Positions 48,980 through 63,920 are shown, numbered from the stretch's first letter. The stretch is 64,000 nt of DNA from Cetorhinus maximus (GCF_964194155.1 NC_135901.1:24862001-24926000); one strand, 5' to 3'. The notes: generated by a model not told the origin, from the letters alone. A program made the numbers and translations.

Positions 48980-50650
48980 ATGAACATAAGACATAGGAGC
49001 AGGAAAGGCCATTCAGCCCATTAAGCCTGCTCTGCTAGTCGATACGATCATGTCTGATCTTCTACCTTAGCTCCACACTCCCCACAAACCTTAATTCCCC
49101 TTGTCCCCAAACCTCTATCGACCTCTGTTTCAAATATATTTGAGAACCACAGCTCCCTGGGATAGAAAATTCCAAAACCCTATCGACCTCTGTTTTAAAT
49201 ATAATTGAGAACCACAGCTCCCTGGGTTAGAAAATTCCAAAACCCTATTGACCTCTGTCTTAAATATAACTGAGAACCACAGCTCCCTGGGATAGAAAAT
49301 TCCAAAACTCTATCGACCTCTGTCTTAGATATAACTGAGAACCACAGCTCCCTGGGATAGAAAATTCCAAAACCCTATCGACCTCTGTCTTAAATATAAC
49401 TGAGAACCACGGCTCCCTGGGGTAGAAAATTCCAAAGGATCACAACTCTGAATGAAGAAATTCCTCCTCATCTCAGTCATGAATGGTTGACCCCTTATTC
49501 TGAGACTAATCCCCGTGTCTAGATTCTCCAGATGGGAAACTTTTTCTCAGCATCTACTTTGTCAGGCCCCTTAAGAATGTATCAGTTAGATCACCTCTCA
49601 TTCTTCTAAACTCCATTCAATATAGGCTTAATCTGCTCAATCTCTCCTCATGGGACAATCTCCTCATCCCAGGAACCAGTCTGGTGAACATTTGTTTCAC
49701 TCCCTCTAGATCAAGTATGTCTTTCTTTAGGTAAGGAGACTAAACCCGCACACAGTACTCCAGGTGAGGCCTCACCAATGCTCTGTGTAATTGTAGTAAG
49801 ACATCTTTACTCTTATACTCCAATCCCTTTGTAATAAAAGCTAACAGACCATTTACCATTTGCTTGCTGTACCTGCGTGTTAACTTTCTGTGATTCATGT
49901 ACAAGAACAGCTAGGTCCTTCTGAATGCAAATATTTCCCAGTCTCTCACCATTCGAAAAATATTATTTTTTTTACTATTCCTACCAAAGTGTATAACTTC
50001 ACATTTCACCACGTTGTATTCCATCTGCCGTGTTCTTACCCAACCTGTCTATATCCCTCTGCAGCCTCTTTGTGTCCTCCTCAGCACTTACTTTCCCACC
50101 CAACATTGTATCATCAGAAAACCTGGATACATTACACTCAGTCCCCTCATCTAAGTCATTGATATCGATTGTAAATAGCTGAGGCACAACTACTAATCCT
50201 TGTGGTACCTGCTAGTCACAACCTGCCACCCTGAAAATGTCCCGTTTATTCCTACACTCTGTTTTCTGACCATTAACCAATCCTCAGTCCATGCTAAGAT
50301 ACCCCCAAACACCAGACCGAATTGTGTGTAATTACCTCTTGTGTGACCCCTTATCAAATGCTTTTTGAAAATCCAAATACACATCTACTGATACCCTCAT
50401 TATCCTCCTTACATATTACATTTTCAAAAAGCTCTTAACAGATTTGTCAAATATGAATCCATAAATCCTTTCATAAATCCATATTGGCTCTGCTTAATCA
50501 GTTAATGATTTTCTAAATGCCCTGTTAACACATCCCTCATGATAGATTCCTACATTTTGCCAATTATTGATGTTAGGCTAACTGGTTTCTAGTTCCCCAT
50601 TTTCTCTCTTCTTCCTTTTCAGAAAAGTGAGATGATGTTTGCTACCAAGG
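48980..50650 (-). mobile_element. CR1 fragment containing a minisatellite
   Basis: INDLDEGTECNVSRFSDDT, C-terminal motifs and tail. Confidence 0.8.
49108..49436. repeat. 65-bp minisatellite, 5 copies
   Basis: TGAGAACCAC recurs at 49141, 49206, 49271, 49336 and 49401. Confidence 0.95.
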
Positions 50651-50741
50651 CTAGGAGAGACACTCTGGAAGGTATGGGCAGCTGGGACTTGTCCATGAGA
50701 GTAACCAAAGGTCTGGGAACTGAAATAATCCAGTGTGATGA

Positions 50742-51168
50742 TGAGTCGTGGCTCAGTGTTGCATTTTCATGTCTGAGTCAGGAGGTTGTGGGTCCAAATC
50801 CACATCCAGAAAGATGAGCATAAAATCCAGGCTGACATTCCACTGCAGTACTGAGGGAGCACTGCACTGTCAGAGACGGCACTGAGACAGAATGGTGGGT
50901 GTAAGAGATCCATTGACACTATTTCAAAGAGCTGGGGGTTTCTACCAAGAGTTTTGATCAATATTTATCCCTCAATGAACATCACTGAAACAGATCATCT
51001 GGGTATTATCAATTTTTTGTCTATGGGATCTTGCTGTGCATAAATTAGCTGCTGTATTTTCTACATTACAACATTGACTGCACTTCAAAGGAATTTCATT
51101 GGCTGTAAAATGCTTTGGGACATCCCTGATGTCATTAAAGGCTCTGCAGAAATACAAATCTTTCTTTA
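50742..51168 (+). mobile_element. DeuSINE/SacSINE1-like SINE
   Basis: tRNA-like head GTGGCTCAGTG, Deu-like core (CAATATTTATCCCTCAA..AAACAGATCATCTGG..GGGATCTTGCTGTGC), L2-like tail; fragments at 25545-25710(-) and 33555-33700(+). Confidence 0.7.
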
Positions 51169-51357
51169 ACAGTGGAGAAAAGGCCCAGAAATGGAACAGT
51201 CAAGAACAGGATTTCAATTTGTCTCCTCTTAACCTGGAGAGAACAAATACTCCACACACTGTGTTGGACACCAAGTTGATTTATTTGACATTTAACCAGA
51301 ATATTAAACTCCAGCCCTGTTGCAGGGATTATTAACATCAGGAGGAATAAACTCCCA

Positions 51358-53095
51358 AGAGCTGGATTTTCAAAGAGGTTTGGAAACCTGACACTGGATT
51401 AATTCCAAGTTCAGACACTGCACCTGAACTGCATTGCTCTTGCGACACTATTTTTAAATGTAAATGAGCTGTTTTGGCAGGAGGTGAGCTCAGCATCCAA
51501 TCCGAGGCATCAAGTGCCTCCAGGGGGAGGGAGCTTCTTGTCTGACGCCAGCAGCAAATGCAGACAGCAGCCATTTTGGGGTTTGTTGCTGCTGCTTTGC
51601 AGAGGGGAGCTGGCAGTTCATGAAATGACCAGGACAATAAAGACAACACAACTGCGTACTGACGTCAAGTTGAGGTACAGCGCTCAAACCAGAACAAGTC
51701 TACCCCACAAATTTTACACACAAAAAAAAAAATTAACTTCCTTTTGACGCATAGTAACTCTAACAGCTGTGCACTAACATGTCTGGCATCATCCTGTAAG
51801 TAAGCCTGGGTAATAGATTTTAGTGCAGCCCAACCACGTTCAGGTTCATTTCATTTCATATTCATTGTAATAAGCTAACAAGGTCAAAACACAATTTTCT
51901 ACTAACGCTGAGATGAGAAGCCATTTTGATGTTAACCTTTTACAACAAACTAACCCAAAACAGTATCACGAAGCAGTGACTGTTGAGCAACAGATGATTG
52001 GTAGTTAAGGAGAAGTCACTTCATGTTGTTTCTGTATTTCTCCATTAGCATTTCTTATGAGAGAATTAAAGTGCTGTAACAGCTGGGGAATAAATGGGAT
52101 AGGCCCTGGACTCGCTCCCTTTCAGGAACACACACTGTCCTTGATTGTTGAGTCTATCTTAATGAATGGGCTCCTGTAAAGACACCAAGATAAGAGACAC
52201 AGCTTAAAGGAAGGAACTGTCCTAAGTTTAAGACAATGTGGTAAATTAGCTAAAACCAATGGAGTTAGCTCTTGTCACATTCTTGACAAATTATAGACCA
52301 GTTAGCCATTTCCAACAACTTGGCTAAGGTGGGCTTACAACATCTTTTAAGTCTAAAAATGAAGGTTTCGAGAAGCCATTTTGTTAGCATGTTATCTGTG
52401 TATCAAATAATGAAGGGTTATCCTCACTTCACATCTTCGGCCTGATCAACCGAGCAACATTGAGAAGTCTGTTTAATTGTTAAAGTTAAACATTCTCCTC
52501 TTACTGTTAATTGAAACTTTGATTTAATCTTTCTAACTTGTTACCTTTTCACCTTTTAATGGTTAATAAATCTTTCTGAAATGACCATTTAAAGTGTTCA
52601 TTCCTGCCAGATGGTTAAGTCCTGTAGAACCTGATGATTTCATTCACAATTGGGGATTTATTGCAAACAACCTGTACCCCATAAATCAATTTAGAATCCA
52701 GAAGAAAAGATTGAAAACCCCATTCTGTTTGAGACAGACTCCGTAACAAGTTCTTTAATGAGATTAAATTGGTTCATTGGTGGTTAATCAGATGGTTAAT
52801 TGGTGGTGAGTTAATTGGCGCTTTGCAGGGGAGAGATAATGATCATGAAGGTTGTTCTCCCAGGACGAGGCTATCCCATTGCACTTCGGGTGTGCTGATG
52901 CCTGCGATGTTTCCAAATGTGGGATATTCGACTGCAAAATTTGTGGTAGTGGGGGACTGCGTTCGTACTCTCCCCTGAAAAAAAAATCAGAAACTGTCTC
53001 AGAGGCAGCGGATCCAGTGCCTCTGGCCAGGAAAGTAATTTTCAAGTCACACAAGTCCCAGTTCCCACCCTCGTCAGGAAGTGAAAATCCAACCC
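51358..53095. mobile_element. MITE-like insertion in a ZNF 3'UTR with a nested LTR-like insert
   Basis: Terminal inverted repeats GAGCTGGATTTT / AAAATCCAACCC split the family 3'UTR (compare 23775-23830); inner segment ends in CCGTAACA at ~52748. Confidence 0.55.
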
Positions 53096-53171
53096 CAGCT
53101 ATCAAAATGAACATAGTTCAAACCTGGACGTGATTCACAGCAGCAATAACAGCAGAATCCAACCCCTGTTG

Positions 53172-53790
53172 TCATATGTGAAACTTCTGGTGTCTCTTCA
53201 GGTTAGATGAAAAAGTGAATCTCTTCCCACAGATGGGGCAGTTGAAAGGCCTCTCCCCAGTGTGAACTCGTTGGTGTCTGTGCAGGTTATGCGACCGAGT
53301 GAATCTCTTCCCACACACACAGCAGGTGAACGGCCTCTCCCCAGTGTGAACTCGCTGGTGTTTGAGCAAATTTATTGGTCCTTTGAAACTCTTCTCACAG
53401 TCAGAGCATTTGAACAATCTCTGATCACTGTGAACAAGTTGATGTGTCAGCAGAGCAGATGACTGAGTGAAGCCTTTCCCACACACAGAGCAGGTGAACG
53501 GCCTCTCCCCAGTGTGAACCCGCTGGTGGGTCCCCAGGTTAGATGAGCTCATAAATCCCTTCCCACACACGGAACAGCTGAACGGCCTCACGCCACTGTG
53601 AACACGCTGGTGTGTCAGAAGATTTGATAACTGCGTGAAACCCTTCCCACAATCGATGCAGGTGAACGGCCTCTCCCCAGTGTGAATACGCCGATGAATT
53701 TCCAGCTGGGATGGGGAAATGAATCCAGCTCCACAGTCCCCACATTTCCACGGTTTTACCCTGGTGCGGGTGTCCTTGTGTCTCTCCAGG
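53172..53790 (-). CDS. C2H2 zinc-finger ORF, 7 fingers, start codon uncertain
   Basis: Open frame [14 protein letters not shown]; the usual ATG reads AGG; fossil fingers and acceptor lie upstream to ~54120. Confidence 0.6.
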
Positions 53791-54449
53791 TTGGATCCTT
53801 GTCCAAACACACAGACACATGTATGGTTTCTCCCCACTGTAAATGCTGTAATTTTTTCAGGTTGTGTAACTAGCTAAAGCTCTTTGCACAGTCAGTGCAC
53901 TGGAACACTCTCACCGGTGTGTGTGTGTGTCTCGGTGCTTTTCCAGTCATATAGATGAATGATTTCTTTTTTCTACAGTCAGAATAGGCAAATATTTCTC
54001 CTTCCACATTCAAAGGCCGGTGATATTCAGCTCCTGATGAATCAAGTGACTCTGTTAGATCTTGATGTGATATGTTGTTTGAGTTACCAGTCTATAAGTT
54101 CTCCCTTCTGATGCCCTGTAAGCAGAGGTTTCAAAAGACCTCATTGTAAGCACAGCACAGAAATTCAGAACAGTTAATTTTAGTTTCTATGGAACATTTT
54201 TTTCTCTCTTGTTCCCCCAAAGCTGTAAATCCCCGTCCCACACACTCTCCCTCCTCCCTGGGCTGAAATTCAAATGAAGTGTTGGATAATTCTCTGTATC
54301 TTTTTAATAAATTCTACAACTGGAGATCATGTTTTACAAGGGGCCATTTGTTAACAGTTTCCCAAACACAGATCAGATTCCTCATCGATTTGAGCCCAAA
54401 GTGTAACCTCTTATTTATTGTCCCCCCTCCCCCATCCTCTGATGTGAAC

Positions 54450-55020
54450 CATCCTCCACTCGCTGACCCAGGATGGCGGCCGTTAACCTGGGCCTGTTCC
54501 CGGGAGGGAGAAGCCCCGCAGCTGCAAACCAGGAGGTGACAATTATTCCTCAGGGTTTGCGGATCCACAAAGTGTTTCCAAATCCTCCCCGTCCAGCCGC
54601 CGGCTCCATCGCTCCCTCCCCCCGGGCCTGTCACCGCGGGGTAAACACGGGGCCTGGGGCCTACCCCAGAAGTTGATCCAGTTCCCAGTCCAGCCGCGGT
54701 TTCCATTCCTACCCTGTGCTCACAATCTCCTCCCGCCTCCCGAACCGTCCGCTCCTCCTCACTCTGTCACCATGACTGACACTGAGCATGCTCAGAGCGC
54801 ACACTCACATTGCACCTGCGCACTGGGGGGGGGGGTGTCACCATCCGCCGCCATCTTGGCAGAGGAAGGTGAGTCTTGTTCAGGGAGCCAGGATCATGAA
54901 TGGCCATCTTGGTGAAGGCAGGCGAGTGAGGGCGGGGCTTCCTCCCCGGTTATCAGGCCCGGTTTATCCGGGCAACCGGCCGCCGCCATCTTGTGCTGAG
55001 TGTTTTCCATCCGGGTCTTT
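54450..55020 (-). promoter_or_regulatory. GC-rich promoter of ZNF 53172
   Basis: Three GCCATCTT YY1-like sites (~54850, ~54903, ~54985), GGGCGGGG, TGCGCA. Confidence 0.6.
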
Positions 55021-56599
55021 AGTGAAGGAATGGACAATGAGCTGGAGTCAGTTTGAAAACTGTTCAGAGGAAGGTCTGAAATCAGATTTACATCCAGATA
55101 CCTGTAAGGACAATAAAGTTTACATCAATTATGTGTTTAAAATGAAATCAGAATGCTGGAAATACTCAGTTCTGAAGAAGAATCAAATTGGATTGGAAAT
55201 GTTAAATCTGTTTCTCTCTCTTCACAGAAGCTGCCAAACTTGCTGAGGATTTCCAGAACTTTCTGTTTTTATTTCAGATTTCCAGCATTCACAGTATTTT
55301 ACTTTTATTTCAGTGCTGGTACTTCTATAAAGAAATATAAGCCAAAAAGCTGTGTTGAGGTAAATGGAATGGAATTGTTTTGTGTGAAATATAAACACCA
55401 GCACAAATCAGTGGAACAGAAAGGTCTGTTTCTGGACTCGGTATTCTCTGTAATTCAGCGTCATCTCCTACCTGCTCCTGATCAGCATGTTCCACATCCA
55501 CCACTTGTACTGTACGTGCTCAGAGAACAACCCGGTGCTGAGTAATCGCACTGGGCTCCTGCAGTCATTGATGGGTCACATTCTGGCATATGGGAAATTA
55601 TGGATTGTAACAATGTAATTGAAAGACCAATTGGGGAACAGAAATTTTTATCACCACATTGAGATTAGACCTGTTTCTGTGATGTTGTCCTATGGGACAG
55701 AGACAAATTAATGCTCAAATCTCTACAGCTGTGGCCCAGGAGGTGGTTTAATACATGGGCCCATAGCCCCCACCCACCGCCATTAACACTGTCACCCTCA
55801 TCACCGACTCCATCCCCCTCCCTTACCAAAGTCTGAGGCTGAAGCTGACCGCTTGCAACCTTAGTTTCCTATTTGACCCTCAGCTGAGGGCTGAGCAACC
55901 AACAACTTATCCTTTCCATCACTAAAATCAGCTCCTCCCACCTCTAATATCAGTTTCTTCATCCCTCCTCAGCTCATTTCCTGTTGAAATCTTCAATCAT
56001 GTCTTTGATGCCTCCAGATTGGACTATTCCAATGCTGTCCTGACTGGTGTCCCATCTTCCACCCTCCATAAACTTATGCTCATTTAAAACTCTTCTGAGT
56101 GGTCAGCAGTTTAGCAGAATAGGGTCAATAGAGCAGAAGGTGTGTCTCATGGACAAGATGAGCTCTTGAGAGGATAATGGGAGATCAGAGAGAAACTAAA
56201 GAAATTTGTGAGTTCAGGGCTAGAGTTGGTCAGATCTTTAGAGGAAGTTTGGCCAGATGGTCTAGTGGAAAGTAGGGGAGGAGCAGAGAGAGTTGATCGG
56301 ATTGTCTCAATCTCAGCGACAAAGAAGCTTCATGAGCTCCTCATACTTGTTGTTTGGGGTGAGGATGGAGGAGATGGGGGGAGAGAGAGCCCTTCAAAAG
56401 GAATTAACTTGTGGTAGAAATATTAAATGACTTGTCACATTGTCTGTTTTATATAAAGCTTATTGGTTTGACTTTTATCCAGAATATTAACACATATAAC
56501 TGGGTAAAACTTTTAGCTTTATTAACATCGGCAGAAACAGTTCCCAATGCTATTTTTATTTTGAGACAAGTGATGAAGAAAAACTGGGGAGGTCAATGA

Positions 56600-57550
56600 A
56601 TCATGAAGATTGTATTTATTGATCTAGAGAAGGCTTATGACCAGGTGTCCAGGGAGGGAGACTGGAGATGTGTTAGAATTCGTGGAGTCCCTGGGAAGTA
56701 TGTACGACTATTACAGGACATGTCCAAGGAGTTCCAAACAAGAGTAAGAAGCTGTGTGGGAGAGACTGAGAGCTTCAAAATCAAAGTTGGATTGTACCAA
56801 GGATCAACACTGAACCCTTTCCTCTTCCTGATGGTCACAGATGTTCGAACTGAGCAAATGTGACAGTCAATGATATTTGCAGATGACACTGAGCTGTGTG
56901 GTGGGTTTGATGAGAACATGACTGAGTATCTGGAGAAAAGCACTGGTAAGACACAGGTATGAAGATTAGGTTTTTAAAAATGTATTATTTCATGGGATGT
57001 GAGAGTCACTAACAAGACCAGCAATTGATGTCTATTCCTAATTGTCATTGATGGTTTCCTCGTCCATTGCAGGAGGCAGTTAAGAGTCAACCACATTGCT
57101 GTGGGACTGGAGTCACATGTAGGACAGACTGGGTAAGCATGGCAGATTTACCTTCCCTAAAGGACATTAGTGAACCAAAGACCCAATTTATGGACTGTCA
57201 GTTTGAGTCTAGGGAAGAGAATCAGAGTGAAGGTGTAAAGGTTATGGGCGAAGACTTGGAGAATGTGAGTAGCTTCAAGTACCTGAGGTCAGTGATGGCA
57301 GAGAGTGGAAGTATAGAAATTAAGAAACGGATTAACTCAGGTTGGAGTAATTGGAAGAAGTGCGGCTCAGTGTGCTGTGATAGAAAAGTGTCACTGAAGT
57401 TGAAAAGGAAGAATCTACAGGACCGGCCTTGTTAAATAGAGCAGAAACTTGGACAACATCAAGAAAAGAGGAACAGCAACTGAATACTCATGAGATACAG
57501 ATGCTGAAGTGGACGTGTGGAGTGACAAAGGATAAGATCAGGAATCAGTG
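56600..57550 (+). mobile_element. RTE-clade LINE fragment with SINE insertion
   Basis: VFIDLEKAYDQV..GVPGKYVRLLQDM..GLYQGSTLNPFLF..IFADD..FKYLRS..W.NWKK. Confidence 0.8.
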
Positions 57551-57599
57551 TGGCCATTATCATCGTGACGGCAGCGGTGGCAGACAATGAGGACAACAT

Positions 57600-59460
57600 T
57601 TTTTTCTTCTTTCATGGGATGTAGATGCCACTGGCGAGACCAGCATTTACTGCCCATCCCTAATTGCCCTTGAGAAGGCAATGGTGAGCTGCCATCTTGA
57701 ACCATAGCAGCCCATGTAGTGTGGGTATACCGACAGTGCTGTTAGGGAGGAAGTTCAGCATTTTGACCCAGCGACAGTGAAGGAATGGTGATATATTTCC
57801 AAGTCAGGATGGTGAGTAGCTTGGAGAGGAAATTTCAGGTGGTGGTGTTCCCATGTGCCTGCTGCCCTTGTCCTTCTAAGTGGTAGATGTTGCAGGTTTG
57901 TAAGGAGCTGTCAAAGGTCTTGGTGAGTTGCTGCAGTGCATGTTGTAGATGATGTCACTGTGGATCGGTTGTAGAGGGATGAATGTTTAAGGTAGTGGTC
58001 GGAGCACCAATCAAGCTCACTGCTCTGTGCTGGATGTTGTTGAGCTTCTTGCATGTTATGAAGCTGCACCCATCCAAGAAGTGGCGAGTATTTCATCACA
58101 CTCCTGATTTGTGCCTTGTAGATGATGGGGAGGCTTTGGGGAGTGTTATGACGTGACAGGTGATGTGTGCCAGGCGGACCAAATCCATAAGGGAAACTTA
58201 TCGACGCTATCACAAGGGTTTTGCAATTTGTATTTATTTCAATATTTGTGCACTGATCAGAAGTAATGTGTGCACTAACACCTTTAGAGACTTTATAAAC
58301 TAAATTGAAACATTTATTAATGAAAAAAAAAGATTTCAAGCAGATACATAAGATTACAGTTACTTAATACAATAACAAATCCCAAAATTACTAATTAACC
58401 TGATTCCCAACTACACACCTCCTTTAAGGCAACAGCCCAAAACAGATTTTAAGTTAAAATAGCAAGCCAGCAAGTTTACCACAGCATCCACTTGACAGTG
58501 GAATTCCAAAGGCTTTTCTCCAACTTTAGTTACCGGACACAGCAGACTTCTGCAAAAATGGCTGGGGGCTTCTCTAAGGCTGTTTCACACACTCCTCTTA
58601 GATCTTACATGGCTCCACAACAAAGCCTTTCATTCCTCTATATATATGTTTCTCTCTCTTTAATCTGTAAATTCCTTTGTTCTGTATGTCTTTGGAAATT
58701 TACCTTCCTCATAATATAAAAATCTTTCATATTGCCAATATGGTCAGTACCTTTGGGAAAAATAAACACACTGATTGGCCTTGCTTATCTTGCTAGTTGT
58801 AAACATCCTATTATCCCTTTGAAACCCAACAACTCCTTCGCTTATCTAAAAATTCAAATTTCCTTTGCACCTTATATGCAAAGCCTTGTCCATGCTTACT
58901 CATTAGCATTTATAAAACCGTTTGTACATCTCACGTCTTTTGATAATTTCAACCTTGCAGTCGATGTGACTCTCATTAAATACCGCAGACAGAAAAATGT
59001 ACATTCACATCCACAAACCGAAAATTATTATAGTTTCATGATAGGAGACAGGAGGTGAGAAACACGCCACAGAAATCCTCGTCTCAACCTGTCCTTGTTG
59101 CCACGCTATAGTGGGGCTTCAGTGATGGTAATGCCATTGAATATCAAGGGGAGATAGTCATTGTCTGGCACTAGTGTGAAGTGAAAGTAACTTACCACTT
59201 GTCAGTCCAAGCCTGAATGTTGTCCAGGTCTTGCTGCAAATGGACACGGACTGCTTTAATATCCAAGGAGCCATGATTGATGGCTGAACATTGTGCAATG
59301 ATCATTGAACACCCCCATTTCTGACTTTATGATGGAGGGAAAGTCATTAATGAAGCAGCTGAAGATGGTTAGGCCGAGGACACTACCCTGAGGAACTCCT
59401 GCAGCGATGTCCTGGGACTGAGATGATTGACCTCCAACAACCACAACCATCTTCCTTTGA
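57600..59460 (-). mobile_element. second-family LINE fragment interrupted by a solo LTR
   Basis: IYKAQIRSVMKYSP and GVPQGSVLG motifs; tail at 57600-57670. Confidence 0.8.
58144..59043 (-). mobile_element. solo LTR with 4-bp TSD
   Basis: TGTTATGA...TCATGATA flanked by GGAG at 58140-58143 and 59044-59047; related inverted copy at 62571-63115 (shares CTTTGGGAAAAATAAACACACT). Confidence 0.8.
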
Positions 59461-59534
59461 AGAAGAAGAAAAATGATCCCAATGAACATGGTTCAGTCCT
59501 GGATGTGGTTAACAGCAAAATAAAATCACAGTAC

Positions 59535-60235
<701 letters not shown>

Positions 60236-60819
60236 GTTCAAATTCTGATGATACTCAGGTTTCAATAAATTGAGCAACTCTGTCAGATCCTGATGTGAGA
60301 TTTGGTTTGAGTTTCCTGACCGCAAATCCTCCACTTCTAATATCCTGTGAAATTGATTTAAAACAGATAAAAAGGGATGAGAGAACCCACAAACACACAA
60401 AGGCAGGTTGTAAAATTGAGCTGAATGAATCTGGTTATGTATGGAACTGGCATGAGGAAAAAGTGACAATGAAAACTACCGGATTGTCACAAACATCCAA
60501 CTGGTTCACTAGTGTCCTTTAGGGAAGGGAACCTACCACCCAGTCTGAGTCTGGCTGTACACAAGAGTCTGAACACTTGGTGAGGAGAGAGAGAGAGAGA
60601 CGTGGGAGAGGGGATGAAGGAGTGGGATTTTAAATGTTTTAAATGTTTACAGCTTGACCAAAACTGTGAAAGAATCTCCTAAACCCTCAACTTCAACCAT
60701 TTAGAAGGACCAGGTGGTAGGTGCTTGTGAATACTATCACCTCCAAGTCACACACCATCCTGACTCGTCTGACATCCAGTACTGGATGAACAGAAATGTC
60801 TTTCATATAAATACGGAGA

Positions 60820-62570
60820 AAACTTTTTTAATTCGTGCATGGGATGTGGCCAGCTTTGGCTAGGTGAACATTTATTGGCCATCCCCAATTGCCCTGGAGA
60901 AGTTGGTGGTGAGCTATCTTCTTGAACCACTGCAGTCCATGTGGTGCAGGTACACCCACAATGCTATTAGGGAGGGAGTTCTAGGATTTTGACCCAGCAA
61001 TATTAAAAGAACAGCAATATTTTTCCAAGTCAGGATGGTAAGTGGCTGGGAGGGAAACTTCCAGGTAGTGGTGTTCCCATGTGTCTGCTGCCCTTGTCCT
61101 TCTGAATTTGAAAGATGCTGCCAAAGAACCCTTGGTGAGTTGCAGCAGTGCATCTTGTAGATGGTGTGTACCGTGCGTCGGTGGTGGAATGTTTGTGGAC
61201 GGGGTGCCAATCAAGCGGCTGCTTTGTCCTGGATGGTTTCGAGCTTCTTGAATGTTGTTGGAGCTACACTCATCCAGACAATGGGAAAGTATTCCATCAA
61301 GCACCTGACTTGTGCCTTGTAGATGGTGGACAGGCTTTGGGAGTCAGGAGGTGAGTTATTTGCTACAGCATTCCTAGCCTCTGACCTGCTCTTGTAGCCA
61401 CAGTATTTATATGGCTAATCCAGTTCAGTTTCTGGTCACTGGTGACCCCTAGAATGTTGATAGTGGGAGATTCAGCGATGGTAATGCCATTGAATGTAAA
61501 AGGGAGATGCCTGGCACTTGTGTGGCGCGAATGTTACTTACCATTCGTCAGCCCAAGCCTGGATATTGTTCAGGTCTTACTGCACTTGTTCATGGACTGC
61601 TTCGGTATCTGAGGAATCGTGAATGCTGCTGACATTGTGCAATTATCAGTGAACATCCCCACTTCTGACTTTATGGTGGACAGAAGGTCAGTGATGAAGC
61701 AGCTAAAGATGTTTGAGCCCAAGACACTACCCTGAGGAACTCCTGCAGTGATGTCCTGGAGCTGAGATGATTGACCTCCAACAACCACAACCATCTTCCT
61801 TTGTGCTAGGTATAACTCCAACCAGTGGAGAGTTTTCCCCTGATTCCCTTTGACTCCAGTTTTGCTAGGGCTCTTTGATGCCACAGTCAGTCAAATGCTG
61901 CCTTAATGACCTCAGGAGATCAGCTCTTTTGTTCATGTTTGAACAAAGGCTGTAATGGGGTCAGGAGCTGAGTGGCCCTGGCAAAACGCAAACTGTGTGT
62001 CATTGAGCAGGTTATTGCTAAGCAAGTGCTGCTTGATAGCACTGTTGATGACCCCTTCCACCGCTTTCCTGATTATCAAGATTAGACTGATGAGTCTGCA
62101 ATTGGCTGGGTTGGACTTTTCCTTTTTGTGTGCAGGACAAACCTGGGCAATCTTCCACATAGCCAGGTAGATGCCAGTGTTGTATCTGTACTGGAACAGC
62201 TTGGCTAGGGGCATGGCAAGTTCTGGAGCACAAGTCTTCAGTGCTATTGCCGGAATGTTGTCAGGACCCATAGCCTTTGCAGTATCCACTGCCTTCAGCC
62301 ATTTCTTGATATCACCTGGAGTGAATTGAATTGGTTGAAGACTGGCATCTGTGATTCTGGGGACCTCAGGAAGAGGCTGAGCTGGATCACCCACTCAGCA
62401 CTTCTGGCTGAGAATTGTTGCAAATTCTTCAGCCTTATCTTTAGCACTGATGTGCTGGGTTCCCCCATCATTAAGGGTGGAGATATTTGTGGAGCCTCCT
62501 CCTCCAGTGACTTGTTTAATTGCCCACCATTGTTCACGACTGGATATGGCAGGACTGCAGAGCTTAGATC
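60820..62570 (-). mobile_element. second-family LINE ORF2 fragment
   Basis: KAMGPDNIPAIALKTCAPELA..KSNPAN, GVPQGSVLG, tail at 60820-60900. Confidence 0.9.
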
Positions 62571-63115
62571 TGTCAGGAAGATACAATTATTATTATAATG
62601 TTATTGTAAAATAGAGTAACAGTGGGATGTGTTTATGTGTCTATATGTGTCTGCGTGTGTGTGATACTTAATTGAATCAGAGGCAACTAGTCTGGATTCT
62701 TTTATGTAAGAAGAGAAGTTCGGTTTGAAAGATTAATTTGATAAACATAGTGAAGTTTAGAAACATAGGTGTCAAGAGAATATTTGCATTTTTGAATAAA
62801 CCAGACTAGATTGTTTTCAAAAGATGGAGTGAAATGTGACACCTAGCCAGGTGAAGTTTAGAAAGAGTGTGTTTATTTTTCCCAAAGACTACTGGTAAAA
62901 CTTAGTGGTATGAGAGATTTTATCAGAAACATAAAGTCCAACGACATAGTGAAACAATAGGAATTTGCATTCAATGGGGAAGAAATGTCTAAAGGAACGA
63001 AGGTTGCGTGTAAGGGAAAGCAGTCTAAGGTTCAATGAGTGTGAAAAACCTTTAGCATCTATGCCTCAAACTGCTGCCTTCAGGGGCTGAAGTTAAGAGA
63101 ACTCATTTGGATTCT
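62571..63115 (+). mobile_element. partial LTR related to 58144-59043
   Basis: Starts TGTCAGGAA; reverse-complement similarity to 58600-59043. Confidence 0.65.
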
Positions 63116-63124
63116 TAATTTTAA

Positions 63125-63920
63125 AAAAAAAATTCATTCACGGGATGCGGGCTTCACTGACTGGGCCAGCATTTATTACCCATCCCTAGTTGCCCTTGAG
63201 AAGGTGGTGGTGAGCTGCTTTCTTGAACCACTGCAGTTCATGTGGTGTAGGTACACCTACGGTGCTGTTAGGAAGGGAGTTCCAGGATTTTGACCCAGCG
63301 ACAGTGAAGGAACAGTGATATATTTCCAGGTCAGGTTGGTCAGTGACTTGGAGGGGAACTTCTAGGTGGTGGTGTTCCCATCTATCTGCTGCCCTTTTCC
63401 TTCTAGATGGTAGAAGTCATTGGTTTGGAAGGTGCTGTTGAAGTTGCCTTGGTGAATTCCTGCAGTGCATCTAATAGATGGTACACACTGCTATTACTGT
63501 GCGTCAGTGGTGGAGGGAGTGAATGTTTGTGGATGTGGTGCCAATCAAGCAGGCTGCTTTATCCTGGATCGTGTCCAGCTTCTTCAGTGTTGTATGAGCT
63601 GCACTCATCCAGGCAAGTGGAGAGTATTCCATCACACTCCTTACTTGTGCCTTGTAGATGATGGACAGGCTTTGGGGAGTCAGGAGGTGAGTTACTTGTC
63701 GCACAACCTGCTCTTGTAGCCACAGTATTTATATGGCTAGTCCAGTTCAGTTTCTGGTCAATGCTAACCCCCAGGATAGTGGGGAATTCAGTGATGGTAA
63801 TGCCATTGAATGTCAAGGGGCGATGGTTAGATTCTCTCTTGTTTGAGATAGTCATTGCCTGACACTTATGTGGCACGAATGTTACTTGCCACTTGTCAGC
63901 CCAAGCCTGGATGCTGTTCA
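63125..63920 (-). mobile_element. second-family LINE 3' fragment
   Basis: KCQAMTISNKRE..IYKAQVRSVMEYSP and tail. Confidence 0.9.

Noticed and set aside
49108-49436. CRISPR-like array
   Set aside because: Units are contiguous with no unique spacers, there are no cas genes, and the context is eukaryotic CR1.
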